Assembly (NCBI GenBank): GCA_031416315.1
Contig: JANOTL010000130.1
Coordinates: 1-64,000 of the forward strand
Reading direction: 5' to 3'
DNA: 64,000 nucleotides
From: Pseudomonadota bacterium
GTDB taxonomy: Bacteria > Bdellovibrionota_B > Oligoflexia > Oligoflexales > CAIYRB01
Shown here: positions 28,705 through 37,714 of the stretch, one piece after another
Layout of the letters: every line of letters begins with the position of its first letter
Numbering within the stretch: position 1 is the first letter of the stretch
The notes under the pieces: generated by a model
Told to the model about the DNA's origin: nothing
Seen by the model: only the letters and a program-made list of their open reading frames with translations
Databases searched by the model: none
Program-made: the position numbers and the translations under genes

Positions 28705-29470
28705 GCCTCTGCCGAAGGTCGGCCTGATGGGCCACGTGATCGCGGACTATCCGTCTTCGGCCGAGGTGCGTCGGATGATCGCGGTGATGGCGGCCGAAGG
28801 CGTCGCCGTAATCGAGATCCAGATACCGTTCTCGGAGCCGATGGCGGACGGGCCGACCTTTCTGGCGGCAAATCATCAAGCCTTGGCGCAAGGCGTCGAC
28901 TACGCCGCGAGCCTTCTTCTGTTGCGGGAAGCCGCGACAGCGCATCCCAAGGTGCAGTTTTATCTGATGACCTACGTCAACGTGGTCTACAAGCGCGGCT
29001 GGCAGCGCTTCGCCGCGGAGGCGAAGGCCTCCGGAGCGGTCGGCGTGATCTTGCCCGATTTGCCGTTCGAGCTCGCCTTCGCGTTCGACGAGGCCTGCGC
29101 GGCGTCGAAGTTCGCGAACGTGCCGCTCATTCCGCCGAACTGCGCCGGCGCGCGTCTCGACGCCTTGTGCCGGCGCGCGCCGCTTTCGACCGATCTGATT
29201 TATGCCGTCGCGCGAGCCGGCGTCACCGGCGCCGCCAGCGCCTTCGGCCAGAACCTCGCGCCTTTCCTGCGCTCGATCCGCGAGCGCTCGCCCGCGCGCC
29301 TCGCGCTCGGCTTCGGCGTGAAGCTTCCCGAGCACGTCAAAGCTCTCCGCGGCCTGGCCGACTTCGCCGTCGTCGGGACCGCGGCGCTCGAAGCGCACGC
29401 GCGCGGCGGGCTCGCCGCTTATACCTCGTTCTGGCGCGGGCTTGCCGCCGCGGCCAAGGCCCCCGCATAG
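28697..29470 (+). CDS. trpA: Tryptophan synthase alpha chain
   Basis: IEIQIPFSEPMADGP, LMTYVN, LPDLP, GVTG, GFGV. Confidence 0.93.
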   Translation: MAEPLPKVGLMGHVIADYPSSAEVRRMIAVMAAEGVAVIEIQIPFSEPMADGPTFLAANHQALAQGVDYAASLLLLREAATAHPKVQFYLMTYVNVVYKRGWQRFAAEAKASGAVGVILPDLPFELAFAFDEACAASKFANVPLIPPNCAGARLDALCRRAPLSTDLIYAVARAGVTGAASAFGQNLAPFLRSIRERSPARLALGFGVKLPEHVKALRGLADFAVVGTAALEAHARGGLAAYTSFWRGLAAAAKAPA

Positions 29471-29497
29471 AATTCCATAGAATATCTTATAATACCT

Positions 29498-29526
29498 TTG
29501 ACAATTGCAACGAACTACCTTACAAA
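29498..29526 (+). promoter_or_regulatory. Possible sigma70 promoter
   Basis: TTGACA-17 nt-TACAAA in an AT-rich gap. Confidence 0.4.
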
Positions 29527-29557
29527 TCAAGGTGGGTCCGTTGCTTTTGCCTGTTGA

Positions 29558-30277
29558 GTGTCTTTTTTGAAGCTCCTTCTCCAAAATTCCTTCGTCCTGA
29601 CGCTGCTCTTGCTGTGTCTCCTTTGCTTCGCGCTGCACGAAGCCAAGGCCGACGTGAAGGGAATCCCGTTCAGCCAGGACTTCGCCGAGGCGGAGTTCCC
29701 CTATGCTCGCGTCGCCACGAGCTGCCAAGGCTGGCACAAGCCGACGAGCTTCGGCGCCGCCCAGGACGAGTGGGGCGCGGTCGGCTTTTCCGGCGCCTGC
29801 GTCGAGCTCGACCGCTGCTATCACACGCTCGGCCAGAGCTGGGGCGAGTGCAACCGCCGCTTCCACGACGACCTCCGCAACGCCTGCGACCGCGATTTGA
29901 AGGCCGCGCAGCTGGAGAAAGCCAACGCCGCCGAGATGGGCGCGCGGCCCGACGACCAAGCCCTGACGCTTTGCTATAAGATCGCCGACCTTTACGTCGC
30001 GCGTGCCCAGCAAAAAGACACGCCGCGCTTCTTCGACGAGGCGCAAAAGACCCAACGTGCCTATCTCGACTTCGTCCGTAAAGTCGTCGATCAAACCTAC
30101 CGTTCCGTGCTGAAACGCCCGGCGACGCAGAAAGAAGCCCTGCGCGCGCTCGCATCGCTCGCGCAAGGCTACACCTTGGACGATCTCAAGGCCTCCCTCA
30201 TGGGCGCCCGGATCGACCAGGACCGCGACGCCGAAGTGCTCCCCGCGCTCGTTCCCGATGAGGAGTTGAACCCGTGA
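29558..30277 (+). CDS. Secreted PLA2-fold-like protein lacking the catalytic His
   Basis: Signal peptide; FSGACVELDRCY...CNRRFHDDLRNAC...CYKIADLY resembles the PLA2 CxxHDxCY scaffold. Confidence 0.6.
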   Translation: MSFLKLLLQNSFVLTLLLLCLLCFALHEAKADVKGIPFSQDFAEAEFPYARVATSCQGWHKPTSFGAAQDEWGAVGFSGACVELDRCYHTLGQSWGECNRRFHDDLRNACDRDLKAAQLEKANAAEMGARPDDQALTLCYKIADLYVARAQQKDTPRFFDEAQKTQRAYLDFVRKVVDQTYRSVLKRPATQKEALRALASLAQGYTLDDLKASLMGARIDQDRDAEVLPALVPDEELNP

Positions 30278-31560
30278 AACGCATGCTGTCCATTATCTCC
30301 GCCGTGTCGCTCGCGAGCTTCGCGCTCGCTTGCAGCCAGGCCCAGTTCACCGGTACGCCGCCGGCGAGAGCGAAGCCGAAGACCGAGATCCCGACGCCTC
30401 CGCCCGGCGGCGTAAGCTGTGCGGCTGCGCCTGCGAGCCTGAAGCTGGGCGAGCGCGCCACCATCGGCATCCGCGCCGAGGCGACCGACCGCGAGCTGTT
30501 TCAGACCGTCACCAGCGCCTCCGGCGCCAAGGGCGAGTTGCGGCTTTCCCGCGGTGAAAGTGGCGTCTACGTCGCCGCCGGCGGCGGCGAGAACGTCGTC
30601 GAGGCGCTCGAGGCCGGGATCTACAAGATCGAGATCCGCCGCTTGGCCGGCGCCGCCGCGGCCGACGCGAGCTGCGACTTAGTCGCCGAAAACGGCGGCG
30701 TCACGCTGCCGCCGCCGCCGCCCCCGCCGCCGCAATGCGAGCCGACGCAGCAATTGGTCGGGGCGCACGTCGCCTTTATGATCGACAACTCCAACTCGAA
30801 CGCCGCGACGGACTGCCCGTCGCCGACGAAGACCGGCACGTTCCAGGGCGCAGACCTCTACGTCTGCGGCGGCGAGACGAGCCGTGAAAAAGCCGTGCTT
30901 TCGGCCTTCGACACGCTCCTCGCCGTCGCCGCGAAGGAGCCTGCGAACGCCAACGCGATCTCGACCCTCGCGATTTCCTCCTTTCCGACGACCGCCGACT
31001 ACGTCGGCGGCTGGGCGAGAGAGACGCAAGGCATGCTCGACGTCCTTCCGGCCTCGCGCGACACCGTCAAAAGCGCGATGCAGTTCAGCCGCAAGCCCTA
31101 CGGCCTGACGCCTTACGGCGCCGGTCTCGCCGGCGCGGACGCCATGTTTCAGGGCTTGGCCGACGACGGCAAGGCCAAGGTCGCCATCCTCGTCACCGAC
31201 GGCGAGCCCACCGACCGCGACCCGCTCGCGGTCATCGACACGGCCGCGGCCTTGAAAGCGCGCGGCATCGACGTCATCACCGTCTTCTACACCGGCGCCG
31301 ACGCCCGCGCCGTCCGCCAAGCCAAGCACGTGGCGATGCTGCGGGACGTAGACGCCGCCAACCGCCGCGCCGGCAAGGGTCCCTGGTACGCGAATTCACT
31401 TGCGAGTTTAGAAGCTTACGTCAAGGCCTTGCTCGGCGACGGCAGCCAGAAGAGCCTAGCCCAAGCGATCAGCTCCGGCGTCGTCGAGGTCCAAGACGCC
31501 AAGGCACTCGAAGCCGCGTTCCAGGCGATCATCCGCACGAAAGCCATCCAGTGCGAATAA
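30274..31560 (+). CDS. VWA-domain lipoprotein (paralogue 1)
   Basis: Lipobox ALAC; poly-Pro linker; MIDAS DNSNS...TP...VTDGEP. Confidence 0.85.
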   Translation: MKRMLSIISAVSLASFALACSQAQFTGTPPARAKPKTEIPTPPPGGVSCAAAPASLKLGERATIGIRAEATDRELFQTVTSASGAKGELRLSRGESGVYVAAGGGENVVEALEAGIYKIEIRRLAGAAAADASCDLVAENGGVTLPPPPPPPPQCEPTQQLVGAHVAFMIDNSNSNAATDCPSPTKTGTFQGADLYVCGGETSREKAVLSAFDTLLAVAAKEPANANAISTLAISSFPTTADYVGGWARETQGMLDVLPASRDTVKSAMQFSRKPYGLTPYGAGLAGADAMFQGLADDGKAKVAILVTDGEPTDRDPLAVIDTAAALKARGIDVITVFYTGADARAVRQAKHVAMLRDVDAANRRAGKGPWYANSLASLEAYVKALLGDGSQKSLAQAISSGVVEVQDAKALEAAFQAIIRTKAIQCE

Positions 31561-31739
31561 AAATATCAATAAATTCAATATATTGATAGAATATTTAAAA
31601 TCGTATAGAAATTCTATTGACTCGACTTGGCAGTTGTAATAGAACTGTCTGAGCGAGGGTGCCTCTCACTCCCGCCGTTGCCTGCTCCCTTCTCCCGCTG
31701 AGTTCCCAAGCTGAATCGCTGTTGCCAAGGACGATCCAA

Positions 31740-33284
31740 ATGATGTTGAGAATTTTGACTGCATCGGTCATCGCGACCACTCTCTTTTCCTGCAGCGAAG
31801 CCAAGTTCGCCGGGACCAATCCCCACCGCTCGCGCACCGAGCCCAAGTCCGACGCCCCAAAGGGCCCGACTGCGGCGCCGGAAAATCCGACGAGCATCAT
31901 CGCCACCAACGGCGTCTCTTGCACGATCACCCCGGCGGTCGTGAAAGTCGGCGGCGCGGCGACGGTCAACGTCAGCTCGACGGCCGGCGAGACCGAGCTC
32001 TTCCAAACCGTCGTCATCGGCGAGATGAAGACCGAGACCCTGCTCGCGAAATCGGGCAGCGCCTACGCCGGTCAAGCCTCGGCTCCGGCCGCGGGCCTCT
32101 ACAAAGTCGAGATCCGCAAGCTCGCGGGCAGCGCTGCCGCCGACGCGATCTGCGAATTCAACGCCACGGCCGACGGCACCATGCCGCAGACGCCGACGAA
32201 TCCTGCCAATCCTGCGAATCCTTCGACGCCGAGCGATCCTGCCAACCCGTCGACGCCGAGCGATCCTTCGACCCCTGCCAACCCTGCCAACCCGTCGACG
32301 CCGAGTGATCCATCGATCCCGGCCAACCCGTCGACCCCGAGCGACCCGTCGAATCCGTCGACGCCGAGCGATCCTTCGACCCCGGCCAACCCCTCGACCC
32401 CCTCGACGCCTTCGACCCCGACGACGCCCTCGAACCCGATCGATCCGGTTCCGCCCTGCGAAGACACCGAGACCTCCATCGGCGCGCACCTGACCTTCAT
32501 GATCGACAATTCCAACTCCAACGCCGCGACCGACTGCCCGAGCCCCACGAAGGTCGGCAGGTTCCAGAACGCCGACCTCTACGAATGCGGCGGCGAGACC
32601 AACCGTGAAAAAGCCGTCCTCGCGGCCTTCGACCTCCTGAACGCCGTCGCCGCGAAAGAGCCCGGCAACGCCATGGCGATTTCGAGCCTCGCGCTCACGT
32701 CCTTCCCCACCCGCGCCAACTACGTCGACGGCTTCGCCAAAGAGACCAACGGCATGATCGAAGTCTCGGCCCAGAGCCGCGGCCAAATCGCGAGCGCCAT
32801 GGCCTTTGCCCGCAAGCCCTTCGGTCTCACGCCTTACGGCGCCGCCCTCGAAGGCGCGCAAGCGCAATTCGCCGGCTTGGCCGACGACGGCAAAGCCAAA
32901 GTCGCCGTGCTCGTCACGGACGGCGAGCCCACCGACCAAGACCCGGCCGGCGTCGCCGCCACCGCCCAAGCGCTGCGCGCCCAAGGCATCGACGTCATCA
33001 CGGTGTTCTACACCGGCGCCGAAAGCCGCGAAGCGCGCCAGTCGAAGCACATCGCGATGCTGAAGCAGATCGACGACGCGAGCCGCTCGAGCGGTCACGG
33101 CACCTGGTACTCGAACGCGCTCGGCTCCTTCGACAACTACATCAAGACGCTGCTCGGCGGCGTCGGCCAGAAGAGCCTCGCCCAGCAGATCTCCTCCGGA
33201 ATCGTCGAGATCAAGGACTCCAGCTCCCTCGAGCAAGCCTTCCTCGCGATCATCAAGACCAAGGCCATTCAGTGTCAGCGCTAA
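31740..33284 (+). CDS. VWA-domain lipoprotein (paralogue 2) with Pro/Ser/Thr repeat linker
   Basis: Lipobox LFSC; same MIDAS motifs; visibly high identity to 30274..31560. Confidence 0.88.
   Translation: MMLRILTASVIATTLFSCSEAKFAGTNPHRSRTEPKSDAPKGPTAAPENPTSIIATNGVSCTITPAVVKVGGAATVNVSSTAGETELFQTVVIGEMKTETLLAKSGSAYAGQASAPAAGLYKVEIRKLAGSAAADAICEFNATADGTMPQTPTNPANPANPSTPSDPANPSTPSDPSTPANPANPSTPSDPSIPANPSTPSDPSNPSTPSDPSTPANPSTPSTPSTPTTPSNPIDPVPPCEDTETSIGAHLTFMIDNSNSNAATDCPSPTKVGRFQNADLYECGGETNREKAVLAAFDLLNAVAAKEPGNAMAISSLALTSFPTRANYVDGFAKETNGMIEVSAQSRGQIASAMAFARKPFGLTPYGAALEGAQAQFAGLADDGKAKVAVLVTDGEPTDQDPAGVAATAQALRAQGIDVITVFYTGAESREARQSKHIAMLKQIDDASRSSGHGTWYSNALGSFDNYIKTLLGGVGQKSLAQQISSGIVEIKDSSSLEQAFLAIIKTKAIQCQR
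32192..32450 (+). repeat. Coding tandem repeat (ANP/STP/SDP units)
   Basis: Recurring AACCCGTCGACGCCGAGCGATCC-like units encoding NPSTPSDP. Confidence 0.85.
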
Positions 33285-33335
33285 GACCTAGGTCTTTCGC
33301 CCACTAGTGCATCAGCGATCATCCCATCGTCCCAA

Positions 33336-33374
33336 GGAGGACGGCTTTTCAAGCCGTCCTCCGATTTGTTTTTG
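33336..33374 (+). terminator. Intrinsic terminator
   Basis: GGAGGACGGCTT-TTC-AAGCCGTCCTCC followed by GATTTGTTTTT. Confidence 0.7.
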
Positions 33375-33408
33375 TGGTATTGAAAAAGCCTCTAGATGAG
33401 GTTTTTCC

Positions 33409-34785
33409 ATGGCCGTCCAAGACATCCCCGCCATCGTCTCGCGTCAACGCCAATACTTCGAGACGAACGCGACGCGCCCGGTCGACTTCCGCATCGCCCA
33501 GCTGAAAGCGCTGAAGAAGGCGATGAAGGAGATGGAGCCCGAGCTACTCGCTGCGCTAGCCAAGGATCTCGGGAAGTCCGATTTCGAAGGCTACACTTCC
33601 GAGGTCGGCTTCACCTACGAAGAAATCAATCATACGATCGATCACGTCGCCGACTGGGCGCGTCCCGTCCGGGTCGCAACGCCCTTGCTGCATCAGCCGT
33701 CCTCCAGCCGCATCCACGCGCAGCCGAAGGGCGTGACGCTGATCATCGGACCCTGGAACTATCCCTTCCAACTTTTGATGTCGCCCTTGGTCGGCGCGCT
33801 CGGCGCCGGCAACACCGCCGTCCTGAAGGCGTCGGAGATCGCGCCGGCCACGGCCGCCGTGATCGCCAAGCTAGTCGAGAAGACGTTTAAGCCCGAGTAC
33901 GTCGCCTACGTGGAAGGCGGCATCCCGGAGACGACCGAGCTCCTGAAGCAGCGCTTCGACCACATCTTCTTCACCGGCTCGATCCCCGTCGGCAAGATCG
34001 TCATGCGCGCCGCGGCGGAGAATTTGACGCCGGTGACTTTGGAGCTCGGCGGTAAATCGCCGTGCTTCGTCGACAAGAAGGTCGACCTGAAAGTCGCCGC
34101 GCGCCGGATCGTCTGGGGCAAGTTCTACAACGCGGGCCAGACCTGCGTGGCGCCGGATTACCTGCTCGTCGACAAGGCCGTGAAGGCCGACCTGATGACG
34201 GCGATGAAAGCGCAGATCAAGGAGTTCTTCGGCGAGGATCCGCAGAAAAGCCCGGACTACGGCCGCATCGTCAGCGATCGCCATTTCGACCGTCTGGTCG
34301 GCATGGTGAAGGCGGGGAAGGTCGCCTTCGGCGGCGAAAGCGACAAGGCGACGCGCTACCTCGCGCCGACCGTGCTCGACGACGCGACGATGGCCGACAA
34401 GGCGATGGAAGACGAGATCTTCGGGCCGATCCTGCCCGTCTTGACGGTCGACGACGTCTCGCACGCGCTGAAGCTCGCCAAGCAGCGTCCGAATCCGCTC
34501 GCCTGCTACGTCTTCACCAACGACTCAGACACCGAGGACCGCATCGTCGAGGAGCTCCCCTTCGGCGGCGGTTGCATCAACAACGCCTTGATCCATCTTG
34601 CCAACCCCAATCTCCCGTTCGGCGGAGTGGGGGAGAGCGGCATGGGCGCCTATCACGGCAAGGACAGCTTCGACGTCTTCTCGCACCGCAAGGGTCTCGT
34701 GAAGACCTCGACCTTGGTCGACGTGAAGCTCAAGTATCCGCCGTACGCGGGACGCCTCAGCCTCATCAAGAAATTCATGCGCTGA
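33409..34785 (+). CDS. Aldehyde dehydrogenase (ALDH3/fatty aldehyde dehydrogenase-like)
   Basis: PWNYP, FTGS, LELGGKSP, NAGQTCVAPD, EIFGP, PFGGVGESG. Confidence 0.95.
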   Translation: MAVQDIPAIVSRQRQYFETNATRPVDFRIAQLKALKKAMKEMEPELLAALAKDLGKSDFEGYTSEVGFTYEEINHTIDHVADWARPVRVATPLLHQPSSSRIHAQPKGVTLIIGPWNYPFQLLMSPLVGALGAGNTAVLKASEIAPATAAVIAKLVEKTFKPEYVAYVEGGIPETTELLKQRFDHIFFTGSIPVGKIVMRAAAENLTPVTLELGGKSPCFVDKKVDLKVAARRIVWGKFYNAGQTCVAPDYLLVDKAVKADLMTAMKAQIKEFFGEDPQKSPDYGRIVSDRHFDRLVGMVKAGKVAFGGESDKATRYLAPTVLDDATMADKAMEDEIFGPILPVLTVDDVSHALKLAKQRPNPLACYVFTNDSDTEDRIVEELPFGGGCINNALIHLANPNLPFGGVGESGMGAYHGKDSFDVFSHRKGLVKTSTLVDVKLKYPPYAGRLSLIKKFMR

Positions 34786-34947
34786 GTCGGCTCCGGGCTT
34801 CGGCTTTGTGCACACCGCCAGATCGGGTCCGGATCGCGCTCGTCAGCGATTCCGCCCGATCCCCTTGTGTTTTCTTCCGCCTGTGTAGAAAATGATAACC
34901 ACTCATCCCGTGACATATCGATCCGAGTTCGTGAAAAGGAGCTGCCC

Positions 34948-37689
34948 GTGTTCCTGCGGCCGTCGTCCTTCGCCAAAATGGCAAGCCTCAGCGTCGTCCT
35001 GATCACCGCGATTCTGGTGACGTGGGCCTGTAAGCCGCGTAACAGCGCGTCGAAGGTGAAAGAAGGCGATGCCTACGCCTACGACGACTCCTACGTCGGG
35101 CCGAATATGTCGTCGCCCGAATGTGCGGCCGATGCCTCGAAGTGCAAATGCTTCTTGGGGAACGAATACGACAAGTACGCGAGCGAGCCGGAAGGCTCGC
35201 CGAAGAAGAAAGAATGGTACCGCCAGTGCATCGGCCAGGAGCTTTGGGCCTTTGCGACCGGCACGTCGAGTCGCTACCACACCTACACCGTAGCGCAGCG
35301 CCAGAACGTCCCCGGCGACACCGCGCTCGTGTTTCACACGGATGACCGTGAGCACCGCTTCAAGAACTGGGGCCTCGTCAACGACCCCAACTGCTGCCGC
35401 CCGCGCTCGAAGGCCGGAGCCAACGACGGCACCTGTCCCGACAGCGTCAAGTTCACCCAGGAAGACACGTACGGGATGGACTTCTGCCCGGGCGACGAAG
35501 AGCTGTTGAAATACGTCGGCAATCCGGACATGGACTACACCAAGGCCGACAAGGGCTGCCATCTCTCGAAGCTCGAAGACCGCATCAAGGCCGGCATCCG
35601 CACCACCGTCGGCGGTGACGACACGGCGGCCAAGCGCTCCGACTCCTGCTACGTCGAGCTCGGCACCTCGCTTGGCGCCGTCGGCTTCCGCAAGTTTCCG
35701 AACCCCCGCTTCGACCGCGAGAAGTGGAAGAAGCTGAACAACGGCGACGTCGCGTCCTGGGAAAACTACAGCTGGCGCGAGTCGGGCAAGAAGGGCGCGC
35801 CGAACTACGGCAAGGCCAAAGCCGGCACCAACCGCATCGACGACGGCTCGGTCGAGCCGCCCTTCCACTCGTCGCAGAGCTGCGGCTCCTGCCACGTCGG
35901 CTTCGCCCCGACCAGTCCGCCGAAGGACGTCGCCAATCCGAAGTGGGAGAACATCCAGTACGCGATCGGCAACACCTTTATCCACGACACCGAGATCCAC
36001 GCCTCGGGCGCGCCCCAAGGCGGCTTCGAGCACGAATACATCATGTATTCCCGCCGCGGCGTCGTCGACACGTCAGCCGCGACCAACGATTACGTTTACA
36101 ACCCCGGCACGTTCAACGCCATCATCAACCTGGACCGCCGCCCCGGCTTCATCGATCCGAAGCTGAAAGACCAGTTTCCGAACACGATCGACCGTTTCAA
36201 AGAAGTCGTCTCGACTTACCGCCGCGACGTCTCCGGCAAGTTCGTCTACGGCACGAAGACCGAGCAGATTGCGCACATCCTGAAGGGCGGCGAAGACTCC
36301 GTCGACGCTTCCGGCGGCATCATGCGGGTCTACGCCAACATCTTCTCTTGCACCGAGACCTGCCTCGCCAACCACCTGGACGATCCGAAGTCCTTCTCGG
36401 GCCGGGGCTCGCGCCAGACGCCCTTCGAGATCGAGCAGTGCCGCCGTGACTGCCCCGGATACGCGGCGCTCGAGGACCGCGTCTATGACATCCTCGACTT
36501 CCTCCTGCACGTCCGCCCGAATGACCTAAAAGACGCCAAAGACCCGGAAGGCGTCGAGGGCGGCGGCGTCGACGGCGCCAAGATCGTCGAAGAGATCATG
36601 CAGAAGAAGGTCGACGAGTCCAGCGAGCCCGGCAGCTGGTACGCCGCCGGCAAGCAGGTCTTCGGCGAGAAGTGCGCCAAGTGCCATTCCAACATGGCGG
36701 GACAAGAAGCCCGCGCCGGACTCGTGGAGAACGGCAACGTCAGGGACATCGACGTCAACAAGTTCGTCGCCAACGCCGACAAGCGCGACGAGGCCGGCGT
36801 CCGCCAGGAGTGGTTCGGCTCCGACGTCAACGTGCCGCAAAAGGTCGTCGACACGTTCCGCTGCCGCTCCCTGCACACGAACCACATGGAAGGTCATCTC
36901 TGGGAAGGCTACGGCTCAGACACATACCGGGGGCGCGCGCGCTACGACGTGGCGGGCGACGACGTCTTTAATTACCCGGAAGAGCGCCTGAACAAGGACA
37001 ACCTGGGCGGCCGTGGCTTCTACCGCAACATCTCCCTCATCAATGCCTGGGCGCACGCGCCGTTCATGCACAACAACGGCTTAGGCCCTGACTGGGATTC
37101 GCCCTTCCTCGCGCCCGACCGCGGCTCGCCGACCAAGTGGAAGAAGCTCGAGCCGATCCCCTCGGTGAAGCAGCGCCTCGCTATGTACCAGCAGTCGATG
37201 GAACAGCTCTTCATGCCCGAGGACAAGCGGGAGAAGACCGGCAACATCCCCTTCAAGGTCATGACGACGGCCAACCCGATCACCTTCATCTCGATCCCGA
37301 TGATCCCGGAGCTGCCCGACTCCGTGTGGAAGCTCGGCGAGTTCGCCAAGAGCCTTCTCGTCGAGGACTGGGGCGCCATCAAGGTCGGGATCCCCGCTGG
37401 CATGCCGACCGCGGTCTTCTCCTCGATCCGCATCAAGCAAGTGATGCACGACCTGATGCAGGCGATCAAGGACGAGCCGACGCCGAAGACGAAGGCGATC
37501 GCCGCGCAGAAGTTCATCGACGGCGTCTTCGGCAACCTGGCGAATCCTGACCCGCGCAAGATCGCCTCGCAGCTCGCGCAGAAGGGCTACTCCAACTGCG
37601 CCGACATCCGCGACAACGGCGGCCACGAGTTCTCCGACATGAACGACACGCAGAAAGCGCAGATCATCGATTTCGTCAAGACGCTCTGA
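34948..37689 (+). CDS. Di-heme c-type cytochrome lipoprotein, RoxA/CcpA/MauG superfamily-like
   Basis: AAGGAG RBS + GTG; lipobox TWAC; CGSCH and CAKCH; YRNISLINAWAHAPFMHNN; C-terminus NGGHEF...IIDFVKTL. Confidence 0.85.
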   Translation: MFLRPSSFAKMASLSVVLITAILVTWACKPRNSASKVKEGDAYAYDDSYVGPNMSSPECAADASKCKCFLGNEYDKYASEPEGSPKKKEWYRQCIGQELWAFATGTSSRYHTYTVAQRQNVPGDTALVFHTDDREHRFKNWGLVNDPNCCRPRSKAGANDGTCPDSVKFTQEDTYGMDFCPGDEELLKYVGNPDMDYTKADKGCHLSKLEDRIKAGIRTTVGGDDTAAKRSDSCYVELGTSLGAVGFRKFPNPRFDREKWKKLNNGDVASWENYSWRESGKKGAPNYGKAKAGTNRIDDGSVEPPFHSSQSCGSCHVGFAPTSPPKDVANPKWENIQYAIGNTFIHDTEIHASGAPQGGFEHEYIMYSRRGVVDTSAATNDYVYNPGTFNAIINLDRRPGFIDPKLKDQFPNTIDRFKEVVSTYRRDVSGKFVYGTKTEQIAHILKGGEDSVDASGGIMRVYANIFSCTETCLANHLDDPKSFSGRGSRQTPFEIEQCRRDCPGYAALEDRVYDILDFLLHVRPNDLKDAKDPEGVEGGGVDGAKIVEEIMQKKVDESSEPGSWYAAGKQVFGEKCAKCHSNMAGQEARAGLVENGNVRDIDVNKFVANADKRDEAGVRQEWFGSDVNVPQKVVDTFRCRSLHTNHMEGHLWEGYGSDTYRGRARYDVAGDDVFNYPEERLNKDNLGGRGFYRNISLINAWAHAPFMHNNGLGPDWDSPFLAPDRGSPTKWKKLEPIPSVKQRLAMYQQSMEQLFMPEDKREKTGNIPFKVMTTANPITFISIPMIPELPDSVWKLGEFAKSLLVEDWGAIKVGIPAGMPTAVFSSIRIKQVMHDLMQAIKDEPTPKTKAIAAQKFIDGVFGNLANPDPRKIASQLAQKGYSNCADIRDNGGHEFSDMNDTQKAQIIDFVKTL

Positions 37690-37714
37690 ACTGACGACCA
37701 GGAGCCCTGCCGCC

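Noticed and set aside
32192..32450. Tandem DNA repeats resembling a CRISPR or VNTR array
   Set aside because: Units are multiples of 9 nt, vary at synonymous positions, have no unique spacers and encode a Pro/Ser/Thr linker; no cas genes are present.
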